64,000 nt of DNA from an uncultured Planctomycetaceae bacterium (GTDB lineage: Bacteria; Planctomycetota; Planctomycetia; Pirellulales; PALSA-1355): positions 1,344,001 through 1,408,000 of the forward strand of contig CAWAUV010000008.1 in NCBI GenBank assembly GCA_963785305.1. The letters run 5' to 3'. The translations under genes were made by a program, and so were the position numbers. Positions 53,048-64,000 of the stretch are shown here, one piece after another; the stretch's first letter is position 1; each line of letters opens with the position of its first letter. The notes beneath the pieces are model-generated. The model was not told where the DNA came from and did not search any database. It saw nothing but the letters and a program-made list of their open reading frames with translations.

Positions 53048-54550
53048 TCAAAGCGGCGGCTCGTCCTCGGCGTGCTCCGCATGCGGCGCTTGGCCGTTGG
53101 GCGGATGTTCATGGCCTGGGTGCCCGTTGGCCGCGGAGCCCGCGCGTCCCAGGACATTGGGCGGCGCGTCTTCGATCTTGCCGAGCCAGTCCTCGATCGG
53201 CACCGCGTCTTCGCCATCGTCGAGCGGCGGCAAGACGGATCGCGGCCGTAGCGGCTGCAAGTTGAACGTGAATCGCACCACGAGCATCACCGCCGCGATG
53301 ATTCCAAACCCTAGGATATAGACCCATTTCATTTCGAACGGCAGCTTGACCGGCGGATTCTCATGCCAGAAAAGCTTGCCGATGAGCATCGGCACGGCGC
53401 GGTGCTTATCGTCGCGCGATTGAATCGCCAGTAGTTTGAAAAAGTAGCCGACGAATGTCACGTCTTCTTGCATATCGTGGCGCAGTGGAAAATCGGCCGG
53501 CAAGTCGGTGAGCACCAACGCATAGTAATTCGGAGCCGATTCGTCGGTGTAGCCGTAGGCTTCGTAGGTGCGAGCGAGATTGCGCGCCTTGCCGTTGTCG
53601 TTGGCGTCGGTGGCCAGGGCTCGCGTGATGCGAAGCTTGAGTCGCACGAGCTCGCCGCGATAGCGATCAGGCTCCTTGAACAAGTGCGCATACATCAAGT
53701 CCGGCCTCGCGCGCTTGTTCATCGCCTTGAATGTCTGTTGACGCTCCCAGTCGATGAGATGCCAATAGGCCGTCATCTCCTCCGGCCGCAATTCCCTCCG
53801 ATCGGTGATCGCTTGCGCCTCTTCTTGAAAATCCTTGACCTCGATCGGGTCTTGATCCACGGGCGGCAGATCGGGCTTGGTCGCGGGCATGTCGTCTTCG
53901 GACTCACGTCCGCGGACCGAGCTCTGATATTCGGCGCTGCCTTGCGGCGCGTCGACGCTTTGAGCAAGCTTGGCGTCGCGCGTGGCGGGAGGCGGCGGCA
54001 CATCGTCGGCCAGATGCGCGGCGTGTGGATTCGCGGCGTTGTAAACACCCGGCTGCTCGGATTCGCCGGCGGCGCCGGGCTTCGCGCCATCGTCCGAATT
54101 CGCGCCGCTATCCGCTGGCTTCACGCTCTCCGTCGGCTTCGCGGTGTCTTCGGGCTTTGCCGGGTCGCTCGGGGGAGCGCTCTCCGAGGGCATCGGATCG
54201 GACACATCGGCCAGGGCCATCAACCGCTGGTCGCCGTCGAAAAGCGCGCCGACGCTCTTCGCGCCCGCCGGATTCGCATGGCGGCGCGGCCGATGCAATT
54301 CGAACTGACTTTCGAGTTCGGTCTCGGAGAGCGGCATGGGCGGAACTCGTCCCATCGCTCGATCGCGAGCTTGCAAAATTCGCGGCGTCACCGGATCGTC
54401 GATTCCGGCGAACCATTCCCAATTGTGCGGATCGCGAGCCCGCGATACCAAAGTGCCGAGCACCACGAGGGAGCCGATCGCCGCCATGAGGCGCAGGCGT
54501 TCGCCGCCGCGAAACAAGGGCGCATTGTGCGGGTTGACATATTTCTTCAT
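53048..54550 (-). CDS. Hypothetical membrane protein (N- and C-terminal TM, periplasmic domain)
   Basis: Two TM segments, Pro/Asp-rich linker, LFKEPDRYRGELV..GYFFK domain. Confidence 0.7.
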   Translation of the reverse strand: MKKYVNPHNAPLFRGGERLRLMAAIGSLVVLGTLVSRARDPHNWEWFAGIDDPVTPRILQARDRAMGRVPPMPLSETELESQFELHRPRRHANPAGAKSVGALFDGDQRLMALADVSDPMPSESAPPSDPAKPEDTAKPTESVKPADSGANSDDGAKPGAAGESEQPGVYNAANPHAAHLADDVPPPPATRDAKLAQSVDAPQGSAEYQSSVRGRESEDDMPATKPDLPPVDQDPIEVKDFQEEAQAITDRRELRPEEMTAYWHLIDWERQQTFKAMNKRARPDLMYAHLFKEPDRYRGELVRLKLRITRALATDANDNGKARNLARTYEAYGYTDESAPNYYALVLTDLPADFPLRHDMQEDVTFVGYFFKLLAIQSRDDKHRAVPMLIGKLFWHENPPVKLPFEMKWVYILGFGIIAAVMLVVRFTFNLQPLRPRSVLPPLDDGEDAVPIEDWLGKIEDAPPNVLGRAGSAANGHPGHEHPPNGQAPHAEHAEDEPPL

Positions 54551-54775
54551 GGACCGCCATCCTCGCCGCGCCCCAGTTTCGGGGCGAGGCAAACGCTCGA
54601 GCTCGTGGGGGAATCGAATATTCGCCTTGGGGCCAATGGACAAAAAGGCGCGCCGCGGCCCCCGACTATTATAGCCCGGCGAGCGGCGAGCGGGAAAAGG
54701 GGCAACCCGGCCCCGCGATCGTAAAAAACCGCGCCTCGCGACCCGCCAGGCCCGCGATTGCTGGTCGCCAAGCGA

Positions 54776-55276
54776 TCAACGTCCGTCGGGCAACTCGACG
54801 AGACTCAGCTTCTTAAGCGGCTCGCCATTGGGAAAGTGTTGCAGCGTGCATACTTCGACCACTTTCATGAGCTCCGCGTAGCGGAGCGACGATTCGGCCT
54901 GGATTACCACGTGTTCGCGCGTGCTGTTTGGGTCGCGCAGCGCGGCGCCGAGGCGAGCGTCGAGCGATGTGAGCGGAATCGGGTCGGCCTCGAACATCAC
55001 CGTTCTGATCCGGCCCGCCCGATCGGCGAGCACCGAGATCGCCACCGATTCCGGCTACGCCAGCGGCTCGCCTCCCGAGCGATCGCCCGCGGGAGCGACG
55101 CGACCCGCGGCCTTGGTCGCGGTTTGGGGCATTCGCAACGCGATATCGCCCTCGACCGGCGCTGGCTTGAAGGTGAGGATGAAGAACGCGAGAAGCTGAA
55201 AGGCCATGTCGAGCATGGCGGCCAGATTGAGCTCGACCGCCTCGGCTCCGAGTGTCTTTTTTCGATGGCGGCTCAC
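54776..55276 (-). CDS. exbD: ExbD/TolR protein, type 2, copy 2 (frameshift ~55055)
   Basis: ELNLAAMLDMAFQLLAFFILTF. Confidence 0.85.
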
Positions 55277-55743
55277 GAGGATCGGCCTTTCTTGTTCATC
55301 GCCTTCATCGCGAATTTGCGATAGCCTCTTTCCTGGCAGCGTTTGATCACGCGATTGAGCAGCTTGAACGGCGTGCTCTGGTCGGCCCGCACGACGACGA
55401 TACTCGGGAGATCGTCGCCCGGCTTGAGATCGGGATATTTCATGCGGTAGTGAATCAGACTCCTTTCCGCCTCGGCCTTGATGTATTGGTCGATATCGGT
55501 TTTGGTTTCGCCGTGGACCTTGAGATGGCCGTGTTGGTCGATGTTCAGAATCATCATGTCGTCGTCGCCATGGGTCTCGACGGGAGCAGCCGAGCCGATC
55601 ACGGGCAACTGCAAGGTCAGGTCCATGTCGGCCGCCTTGAAGTTGATGACGAGCATGAAGAACGTGACGAGTTGGAACACCATGTCCAACATCGGCGTCA
55701 GGTTTGGTTCGGCGTTGGCGCCGTGGGCCAGTGATCCGGACAT
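55273..55743 (-). CDS. exbD: ExbD/TolR protein, type 1, copy 2
   Basis: PNLTPMLDMVFQLVTFFML, VVVRADQ. Confidence 0.9.
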   Translation of the reverse strand: MSGSLAHGANAEPNLTPMLDMVFQLVTFFMLVINFKAADMDLTLQLPVIGSAAPVETHGDDDMMILNIDQHGHLKVHGETKTDIDQYIKAEAERSLIHYRMKYPDLKPGDDLPSIVVVRADQSTPFKLLNRVIKRCQERGYRKFAMKAMNKKGRSS

Positions 55744-55988
55744 GGTCAAAACGCCTCCCGACGCGCGGCGCCGATGGGATTCGTTCGAGAAACGCGCGAC
55801 GCTCAAGCCTTTAAATCGGCTCGTCGCCCGCGAATTATTGCCCGGCGCGATGATTGGCCGCTCGCGCGGGCCGGCGCCGCGAGAACGCGGAGAAAAAGCG
55901 AATCGCATGAGAAGCCGGGCGACGCGGCGCCGAGCATGGCGCCGATCGAGCGCGACCGCGACTCGCGGCCGCTTCGGCGAACCCGCGC

Positions 55989-56489
55989 TCAGCTACCGTC
56001 GGGCAGTTCGACGAAGCTCAGTTTTTTGAGCGGCTCGCCGTTGGCGAATTTTTGCCGGGTGCATTTGTCGATCACCTTCATCAGCTCGTCGTAATGCAGA
56101 CCGGAGCCGGCCTGGATCACTACTTGCTTGAGGGTGCTGTTCGGATCGCTAAGCACGGTGCGGAGCCGGTTTTCGAGCGACTCGAAGGGAATTGGGTCGG
56201 CTTCGAACATCACGGTTTTGATTTGTCCGAACCGATCCGGCAGCACCGAGATCGCCACCGTGTCTTGCGACGCCACGGGGTCGTTGTTTTCCTTGTTGCC
56301 GACCGCCGCGCCCAGGGTTTTCACCGCGGGAGTGGCTTGAGGCATGCGCAGGGCGATTTCACCCTCGATCGGCGCCGGCTTGAAGGTGAGGATGAAGAAG
56401 GTGAGGAGTTGAAAGGCCATGTCGAGCATGGCGGCCAGATTGAGCTCGACCGCTTCGGCCCCGTGTTTCTTTTTTCTGCGGCGACTCAT
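55989..56489 (-). CDS. exbD: ExbD/TolR protein, type 2, copy 1
   Basis: ELNLAAMLDMAFQLLTFFILTF. Confidence 0.9.
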   Translation of the reverse strand: MSRRRKKKHGAEAVELNLAAMLDMAFQLLTFFILTFKPAPIEGEIALRMPQATPAVKTLGAAVGNKENNDPVASQDTVAISVLPDRFGQIKTVMFEADPIPFESLENRLRTVLSDPNSTLKQVVIQAGSGLHYDELMKVIDKCTRQKFANGEPLKKLSFVELPDGS

Positions 56490-56518
56490 GGGGTTTCGTG
56501 GACGCTCCGTGGCGATCG

Positions 56519-56553
56519 GGCCCTCTCCACTGGGGAGAAGCCGGGGTGAGGGG
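56519..56553. repeat. REP-like hairpin between exbD genes
   Basis: CCCTCTCCACTGGGGAGAAGCCGGGGTGAGGGG, same core family as other copies. Confidence 0.55.
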
Positions 56554-56561
56554 CAAACAAC

Positions 56562-57021
56562 TCAGTCGGTTTTGTTCATCGCCTTCATCGAGAAGTTGCG
56601 ATAGCCTTTTTCCTGGCAGCTTTTGATCACGCGATTGAGCAGTTTGAACGGAGTCGCTTATCGGCCCGCACCACGACGATGCTCGGCAGATCGTCGCCCA
56701 GCTTGAGGTCGGGATTCGTCATGCGAGCGCGGATCAGGCTCAGTCGGCTTCGCCCTTGATGTATTGGTCGAAGTCGGTCTTGGTGTCGCCGTAGACTTTG
56801 AGGTGGCCTTCCTTGTCGATGTTCAGGATCATCATGTCGTTCTGGCCCTTGGTGTCGACCGGAGCGGCCGAACCGATCACGGGCAACTGCAAGGTGAGGT
56901 CCATGGCGGCCGCCTTGAAGTTGATGACGAGCATGAAGAACGTGACGAGTTGGAACACCATGTCCAACATCGGCGTCAGGTTCGGTTCGGCGTTGGAGCC
57001 GTGGGCCAGCGATCCAGACAT
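56562..57021 (-). CDS. exbD: ExbD/TolR protein, type 1, copy 1 (frameshifts ~56745, ~56655)
   Basis: PNLTPMLDMVFQLVTFFML; near-identical to 55273-55743. Confidence 0.85.
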
Positions 57022-57102
57022 ACCCTAAACGTTCTCCGATAGATACGATGCCGATTTTTGACGGGGGACATGCGTGCTCGAAGCTCGCGAACTCGCCGCG
57101 GC

Positions 57103-57990
57103 TCAGGCTTTCGCGGCTTTGGCCACCGCCGCGGCGGCCGGTTGGCCCGCGGCGCCGGCGAGGCCGGGGCCTTGCTGCGGGCAGCATGGGCAAAGTGCCG
57201 CAAGAATTCGTCGGCCTGCACCTTGGTGTTCACGGACAAGGCCACCACCCGATTGCGAAACACGGCGAAGAAGTAAATCGCCGGCACGCGAGGGCCCACG
57301 CCCTCGAACGTGAGCAAAAGGGCTTCCGAAATACCGCCGGCGACTTCGCTGGCCTTGAGCTGCTGATCGCTGATGCGCGATCGCGCTGAAGCTGGCGATC
57401 ATGCCTTTGAGCGTGCCCAAGCAGCCCGATCATCGGCCCCAGCGTGCCGAGCACGGCGAGCATGCTGATTTTGCTGTTCCATTTCGGCGGCGATCGACTC
57501 GCCGACCATTTCCATCGCTTCGCGAGCTTCGGCCCAGACCATTGGGCAAGTTCGGCGATTCCGGTGGACACCAAGCCGGCTGAAGATCGAATTGTCGTCT
57601 TTCACCACTCCGTAGATTTCCTTGAACTGCCGCTTCTGCAGCATGTCCTCGGTTTCGTCGACGATCTCGGGCGGGGCCGCCACTTGGGGCCGCATTTCGA
57701 TGAACAGACCGGCTCACGGTCGAAACGAAGTAGATCGACAAAACCAAAATCACGACGCCGATGAAGCCCGACGACTCGAGAAACCAAATGAACACGCTCT
57801 TGGTTTGCTTGGGGGCCTTGTCTTCGCCACCGGCCGCCGCGGCGGCCGGGGCCTCGCCGCCTTCGGCCTGGGCGCGGGCCACTCGCGGCGCCATGGTCAT
57901 CATCGACGCCGTGTTGAGCACGAAGAAGCTGACCAGGAGCGTCAGCAGAAACCAGCGTTGTCGCGAACGGGTCAGCCCAAACATGCTCAT
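57103..57990 (-). CDS. exbB: MotA/TolQ/ExbB proton channel protein (several frameshifts)
   Basis: GTLGPMIGLLGT..GMIASF, AIYFFAVFRNRV pieces spread over frames. Confidence 0.85.
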
Positions 57991-58069
57991 TGCGAAACCT
58001 CGTGAATGGATGCCGCGGAAGACGTGGCGCCGAAAGCGCGAAAAAAGAATAACCTTCGCGGTGCGTCGG

Positions 58070-58158
58070 AACCTTGGAAAGCGCCTGACCTCTAGAAAGC
58101 ACCGGACCTCTAGAAAGTGCCAGACCTCGGGAACGTGCCAGACCTCGGGAAGGAATCA
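58070..58158. repeat. Five degenerate 18-bp tandem units upstream of exbB
   Basis: GACCTCTAGAAAGCACCG / GACCTCTAGAAAGTGCCA / GACCTCGGGAACGTGCCA / GACCTCGGGAAGGAATCA, plus a 17-bp first unit. Confidence 0.8.
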
Positions 58159-58419
58159 GTCCTCGGTGAACTTTCCATGTTAAATCAGCCCGCGGCAGTT
58201 TGAAAGTGGCTTTCGCCAAAAATCAGCCGCCCGCTTGCATATCCGACACCCCCTGATTCCGTGGATCGGGCCGCTTTTATTCCCGGCGCCACGCTCGCGG
58301 CCGTGGCGCCGCTGGACAATCGCGGCCCCGAAACTGTAGAACGATGCGACTTCGAGACACGCTTCGCCCCCGAGCGACGGGGGACGCCGCCACCCGGTTT
58401 TTCGCGAATTTTCATCCTT

Positions 58420-59458
58420 ATGGCCATCAAAATCGGTATCGTCGGCTACCAAGGCTCCGGCAAGAGCTCCCTCTTCGAGTGGCTCACCGGCATCGCGGCC
58501 GACCCGGCGCTGGCACACCTGCGCGCAGAGCGCCATGGCGCCGGCGCCCGATGCGCACGTCGAGGCGCTGTGCGCCGTCTACCACCCGAAAAAAGTCACC
58601 CTCGCCAGCCTCGAGCTCGTCGACACTGCCGGCCTCTCCCGGTCGCACGAGGGCAACGCCGCCCGGCTCGGCCTGATCCGCGAAGCGGGCGCCATGATCG
58701 TGGTGCTCGGCGGCCATGAGCGTGATAGCAACCCCGCTTCCGACGCGGCCCGGTTTGCCGAGGACCTCGTGCTCGCCGATTTGCAGATCGTGTCGGGAAG
58801 GGTCGATCGTCTGCGTGAATCGACCAAGAAGCCCCGGCCCGGACGCGATCAGGAGCTGCTCGAGCTCGCGGCGCTCGAACCTCTGGTCGATGTGCTCGAG
58901 TCGGGCAAGCCGCTCACGGCCATCGCCATGAACGACGAGCAGGTCAAGGCCACGCGCAGCTTTCGGTTGCTCACCGAAAAGCCCGTGCTCATGGTGGTCA
59001 ACACCGCCGACGATGAAGAGAACCCCCAGCGATGCATCGACGCCCTGGCCGACAAGGGGCGCGTCGTGGCGGCGCCCGTGCGATTGGAACTCGAATTGGC
59101 CCGCATGAATCCCGGGGAGCGAGCCGCCTTCAAGGAAGAAATGGGGATCGTCGGCTACGATCGCGACTCGCTGCTCCGCGCGATTCTCGATGTCTCGGGT
59201 CAGATGTTGTATTTCACCGCGGGCGAGAAGGAGGTGCGCACCTGGATGCTCCGCCAGGGTGGCACGGCGCTCGAGGCCGCCGCCAATATCCACACCGACT
59301 TGGCCCGGGGATTCATTCGCGCCGAAATCATGAACTGCGACGACCTGACTCGCTTGGGCAGCGAACGCGAGATCAAGGCGGCCGGCTTGGTGCGCCAAGA
59401 GCCAAAGGACTATGTGATTCGCGACGGCGATATCTTGAATATCCGTTTCAGCGTGTGA
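58420..59458 (+). CDS. YchF-like Obg family ATPase (DUF933 C-terminus; frameshift ~58520)
   Basis: IGIVGYQGSGKS, DTAG, LLTEKP, YFTAGEKEVRTW, IHTDLARGFIRAE, DYVIRDGD. Confidence 0.85.
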
Positions 59459-59465
59459 GCCGCTC

Positions 59466-62090
59466 CTAGAGAATCGCCAGCGGATGACGCGGCTCCTCGA
59501 GCGCCCGCGGGTCACGCCCACGCGGTTGATGGCGCTCAGCTTTCGCCACACCTCGCGGCCCGTGCGCTCTCCGGCCACGAGCTCGCGATAGAGCGAGATG
59601 ATTTGGGCGACGTCCTCGGATGTGGTTTCCGTCAACAATTCGATGCGAAACTTCCGCACGCCGCGCTCCACCAGCGCCGGCGCCACTTCGGCCGCGCTCT
59701 GCGCCGTGGCGTTGAAGAGTGTATTGCGGCAGCCGACGTCGGCCGTGAGCGGGTGCTCCATGCCCACGCGATCGCGCAGCCGCACCGCATGCGTGTCGCA
59801 AGGCCGGCCGCAGTTGGTCTTGTTGGTTCCGGGCGAGAGCACGGCGCAGAACACGCAATGCTCCATGTGGAACATCGGCATGTGTTGATGCAGCACGATC
59901 TCGAGCCATTCGCGCGGCGTGGCGGCCACGAGATCGAGCAACTGATCGCGATTCAAATCAAACGAAGCCGTGACCCACGCGGCGCCGAGGCGCATCAGTT
60001 CGGCCACCGAAAGCTCGTTGGCGGCGTTGAGCGAAAAATCAGCGACCGTTCGGATCCCCTCGCGCACGAAGAAATCGAGCGCGGCGAGATTGCGCCAGAA
60101 TGCCATCGGCGCCGTGGCGGGCCATGGCGCGAAACATGCCTTGTTCGCCCGGCTTTTGAATGCGCGGCGTGGCAAGCCAGATTGCGGCGCCCGCCGCGTG
60201 GGCCCGCTCGACCGCCGGGGCGAATTCGCGAATATCCGGAAAGTCGACCATCAGAATGTTCGGCTCGCGCGGCCAGCGCGGCGTCGAGTTGCGCGAGTGT
60301 GCGGCAGAGCACATAGAGCTCGGCCGGCTCGGCGCGGAGCTCGGGAATTAGCTCGACAATGGTCTCGGCGGCCCAGCGGCTTCTTTGTCTCGCGGCGGCG
60401 AACAGGCTTTCGCGCACGCTCGTCAGGGTGGCGCTGCTCGATGCGGTCTTTGGCGCGGCGTCGAATTGGGCATCGAGCGCGGCAATGAGCGCGTGGCGAA
60501 GCTTGCCGAGCACGCTGAGCGGAACCATCGGGCCGCCGACAATCTCGGCTTCGAAATCGGCGAGTCGGTAGTTCGTGGCGCCCAAGCGGTCGAACTGTTC
60601 GCGGAGCATGCGCTCCGTGGCCGGATGCCGCGCCGCGACCGCGAGCGGTTCGGGCGACGCGACATGGCACGTAATCTCATGATCGGCCGCGCCGCCAAGC
60701 GTCGCGCTCACCACAAGCGGCTCGCCCACCGCCGCGCGCACTCGCAGACGAAGCGGCGCCGCGCGGCGTGGGCGCGAGCCATCGAATGTCTTGCGCAGCT
60801 CGGACGCGAGCGATGGCTCATCGGTCTTCCAAAGTTCCTGGCCGGGCTGGAGGCGCGAAAATCGATCGCGCCGCGGGCAAACGTCAGCTCGACGACCTCG
60901 CCTGTGACCCGCTCGACGATGGACTGGCTCCCGCGAAAGATTTCATACACCCGGCCGCCCTGCTCCTGTCCGGCCGCGCGATCGGCGGCAAACACCACCC
61001 CATCGCCACGCGCGAGCGAGCCGGTAAGTTCAACTCGCGCCCGCCCGCGGCTCACTCCGTGAACATGGCCGATGCGGACTCCGCGCTTGGCCGACGATAT
61101 TCCAGGCACGAGCGCCTTGTGATCGTTGCCCTCGAGCCAGCCATGGGAAAAGCCACGCGAGAACGAAAGCTCCATGGTCTCGATGTCGCGCGGGGAAAAG
61201 CTTGCCCGGAGGCCAGCCATGGCGGCGTCGATCGCGCGGCGATAATGCCGCGTGATGTTGGCGACATATTCGGCCGACTTGAGCCGCCCCTCGATCTTGA
61301 AGCTCGCGACGCCCGCGGCGATGAGTTCGTGAGTGAGATCGTAGGCCGCTAGATCGCGCGGGCTGAGCAGGTAGCGCTGCTCGCCGAGATCGCGATCCTC
61401 GCCGTCGACCACGAGCTCATAGGGCAAGCGGCAGGCCTGCGCGCATTGGCCGCGATTGGCGCTGCGACCGCCGAGCGATTCGCTGGTGAGACACTGGCCG
61501 GAATAGGCCACGCACAGCGCTCCGTGGACAAACACTTCGAGCGGCATCTCGGTTTCGCGATGGATGCGCGAGATCTCCTCGATCGACAGTTCACGCGCGA
61601 GCACCACGCGTTCGATATCCCAGCGACGCGCCGCATCGATCGACTCGCTGCTGGTGAGCGTCATTTGCGTCGAGGCGTGGATCACGAGCGCCGGCGCGAT
61701 GGCCTTGATCAGCAGCGTGGCGCCGATATCTTGGACCAGCGCCGCGTCGACTCCCGCGGCGGCGAGCGCGCGAATCGTGGCTTCGAGCTCGGCCAGTTCG
61801 CCGGAAAAGACAAGCGTGTTCAACGTCACATAGCCCCGCGCGCCGCGGCGATGCAGATAGTCCATTACTTCGGGGAGCGACTCGAGCGCGAAGTTGGCGG
61901 CGCGGGCGCGGGCATTGAATCCGCCCTGAAGTCCGAAATACACCGCGTCGGCCCCGTTTTCCACCGCGGCCCGCAGGCAGTCCCAGTCACCCGCCGGCGC
62001 GAGCAATTCGGGCGCGGCGGGACCCGGCGCTTGGTTCGGGAAACGAGGAGGCGGGGAGTTCTCGGCGGCGCTGGGCGGGGTGGAATCCAT
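59466..62090 (-). CDS. Peptidase U32 family protein with DUF3656 (RlhA-like RNA hydroxylation; several frameshifts)
   Basis: PELLAPAG, HASTQM, HGALCVAYSGQC, NRGQCAQACR, KIEGR, FHMEHCVFC..CGRPC. Confidence 0.88.
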
Positions 62091-62166
62091 CGTGTCAGTT
62101 TAGCAGAAAACGGATCGCGCGAGGCGCCCTCCCGCGCCGGGCGGTGGGGAATTACACTAGAGCGTC

Positions 62167-62771
62167 ATGAACAGAACTCTTCGCATGGCGACTTCCAACG
62201 ACGCGGCGGCCGCGCGGGCCATCTATGCGCCTATTGCGACCGTTCGCCGGTGAGCTTCGAGATCGTCGCGCCCAGCGTGGCCCAAATGCGGGAGCGCATC
62301 GAGACCGTGCTCACGCGGTTTCCCTGGCTCGTGGGCGAAGTCGATGGCCAAGTGGCCGGGTATGTCTATGCGAGCCCAAATCGCGAACGCGCCGCCTATC
62401 AGTGGGGCGCCGACGTGGCGGTGTATATTGGGCCCGAGCATCGCCGCGCCGGACTGGGCCGCGCGCTGTACACCGCGCTGTTCGACCTGATGCGATCCCA
62501 GGGCTTCTTTCATGCCTATGCCGGCATCACGCTACCCAATCCCGGCAGTGTCACGCTGCACGAACGAGCCGGGTTTTCGCTCGTGGGCGTGTATCGCAAT
62601 GTCGGCTACAAAGACGGCGCGTGGCGCGACGTGGGTTGGTTTCATCTGCCATTGCGGGAACTGATCGACAATCCGCCGGCGCCGCGACCTTGGAGCGAAC
62701 TGCCGGAAGAAACAATCGCCGCCGCATTCGAGCGCGGGCGACAAACGTGGAGCGGCGGATCGGCAACGTAA
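62167..62771 (+). CDS. GNAT N-acetyltransferase, phosphinothricin/ArsN1-like (frameshift ~62225)
   Basis: RERAAYQW, GLGRALY, AGITLPNPGS..LHE, VGYKDGAWRDV. Confidence 0.88.
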
Positions 62772-62828
62772 TCGGCCGCGCGGGCGAATCGCTTGGGAAT
62801 GAAACTCGACCGGGCCGGAGCGATTAAC

Positions 62829-62853
62829 AGCCTATTGAAATATTCAAGAGGCG
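62829..62853. repeat. 25-bp palindrome copy
   Basis: AGCCTATTGAA-ATA-TTCAAGAGGCG between convergent genes. Confidence 0.6.
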
Positions 62854-62893
62854 ATTAAAGCCGATCTGAATGCGCGGCGATAGAGACAGACTG

Positions 62894-63885
62894 CTAGAGC
62901 AGATCGCCCGAGGCGCCGGATTCTTCTTGCTCGATCTGAGCCAGGATCCGGGTCAGCGTGTTGGCATGCACGCCGAGCAGTTTGGCGGCGCGGCCCTTGT
63001 GGCCTCGAGTCGCGAGGAGAGCTTGCCGCACTGCCGTGGCCCGCAGCTTTTGCAGGTCCATGAAGGGCAACGTCGACTCGTGACTGCGAGACCGGTGGGC
63101 GCCAGGAAGTTCGGGAGCACAGTCGAGCACATAGGCTTGCTCGATCACATGGGCAAGTTGTCGCACATTGCCCGGCCAAGCGAACTCGCAAAACTCGCGG
63201 AGCGTGTCCGCGTCGGGTCGCCAAACCGTGCTGCCATATTGAGCGGCGTATTTGGCGGACAAGAACTCGATGAAGGTGGGAATGTCCTCGCGGCGGTCGC
63301 GCAAGGCCGGAACATGCAGTTCGACCATGTTGAGCCGATAGTACAAGTCCTCACGGAAGTTTCCTTCCTCGACTTCGATCTCTAGGTCGCGATTCGTGGC
63401 GGCGACGATCTGCACATTGACTTGAACCGGCTCGGCGCTGCCGACCGGAGTCACTTCGCGCTGTTGCAACACGCGCAGCAGCTTGGGCTGGAGCTCCATC
63501 GGCATCTCGCCGACTTCGTCCAAGAACACCACGCCGCCCTCGGCAGCGCGAAACACACCCAGCGAACTACCCGCGGCGCCGGTAAATGCGCCGCGCTCAT
63601 GACCAAACAACTGACTCTCGGCCAAACTCACGGTTAATGCCGCGCAGTTGACTGGAATAAATGGCTTGTTGCGCGCGGGCCGCAGCGATGCAGCAGCTTG
63701 GCCCAAATCTCCTTGCCGGTGCCGGTCTCGCCCGAGACAAGCACGGTGCATTCGGCTTCCGCAGCGCACTCCGCATGCCGCGCGATCTTGCGCACCGCCG
63801 CATTGCGACCAAGCACGCAATCCAGGCTTGTATCAAAGCCTGTCTCGCTTGCAAGCAAGTTCGACAATAGGGAAGTGGTGCTCAT
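62894..63885 (-). CDS. Sigma54-dependent enhancer-binding protein without a sensory domain (frameshift ~63680)
   Basis: GETGTGKE, ESQLFGHERGAFTGA, FLDEV, WPGNVRQL, Fis-type HTH; only ~22 aa before the AAA+ domain. Confidence 0.9.
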
Positions 63886-64000
63886 GCGGCTAACGTTATT
63901 GAAATGCCTGCTAGGCGAGTCATGCCCCCCCCGGCGCGATTTAAATCCTCGCCTCGGGGGCCAATTGCACTATTCAGTTTAGACAGCTTCGAAATACGGG

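Overview
GC-rich bacterial chromosome segment, almost certainly Planctomycetota (probably Pirellulales-like). Markers are a DUF1549/DUF1553 protein, a PQQ-like propeller, CxxC-insert signal peptidases, a PEP-CTERM protein, an N-extended L9 and multiple ExbD paralogues. It holds a core block (rplY-pth-rpsF-ssb-rplI-dnaB, lepA, lepB-lptB, uup-like ABC-F, ychF-like, U32, suhB, chdC), tRNA-Thr(CGT), one single-ORF IS66-family element, and an accessory-looking left end (OB-repeat protein, DUF1254/1214, DUF2934, PEP-CTERM, baeRF). More than a dozen genes, including conserved ones, are split by single-base indels; this is best read as long-read consensus error. The most interesting signals are non-coding or orphan. 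(1) A secreted protein of about 20% cysteine with its own sigma28-like promoter, a structured leader of about 260 nt and a terminator. (2) A triplicated, frame-staggered MKLVVG start region of pth that creates a coupled 13-aa uORF. (3) A shared sigma54-type promoter before dispersed DUF2934, baeRF and DksA/TraR genes, plus a sensor-less sigma54 activator. (4) Three palindromic operators at exact 21-bp spacing downstream of the PEP-CTERM promoter. (5) Several MITE/REP families and 15-19-bp tandem leader repeats. (6) A tandemly duplicated exbD pair. All family calls come from motif recognition by eye; no searches were run.
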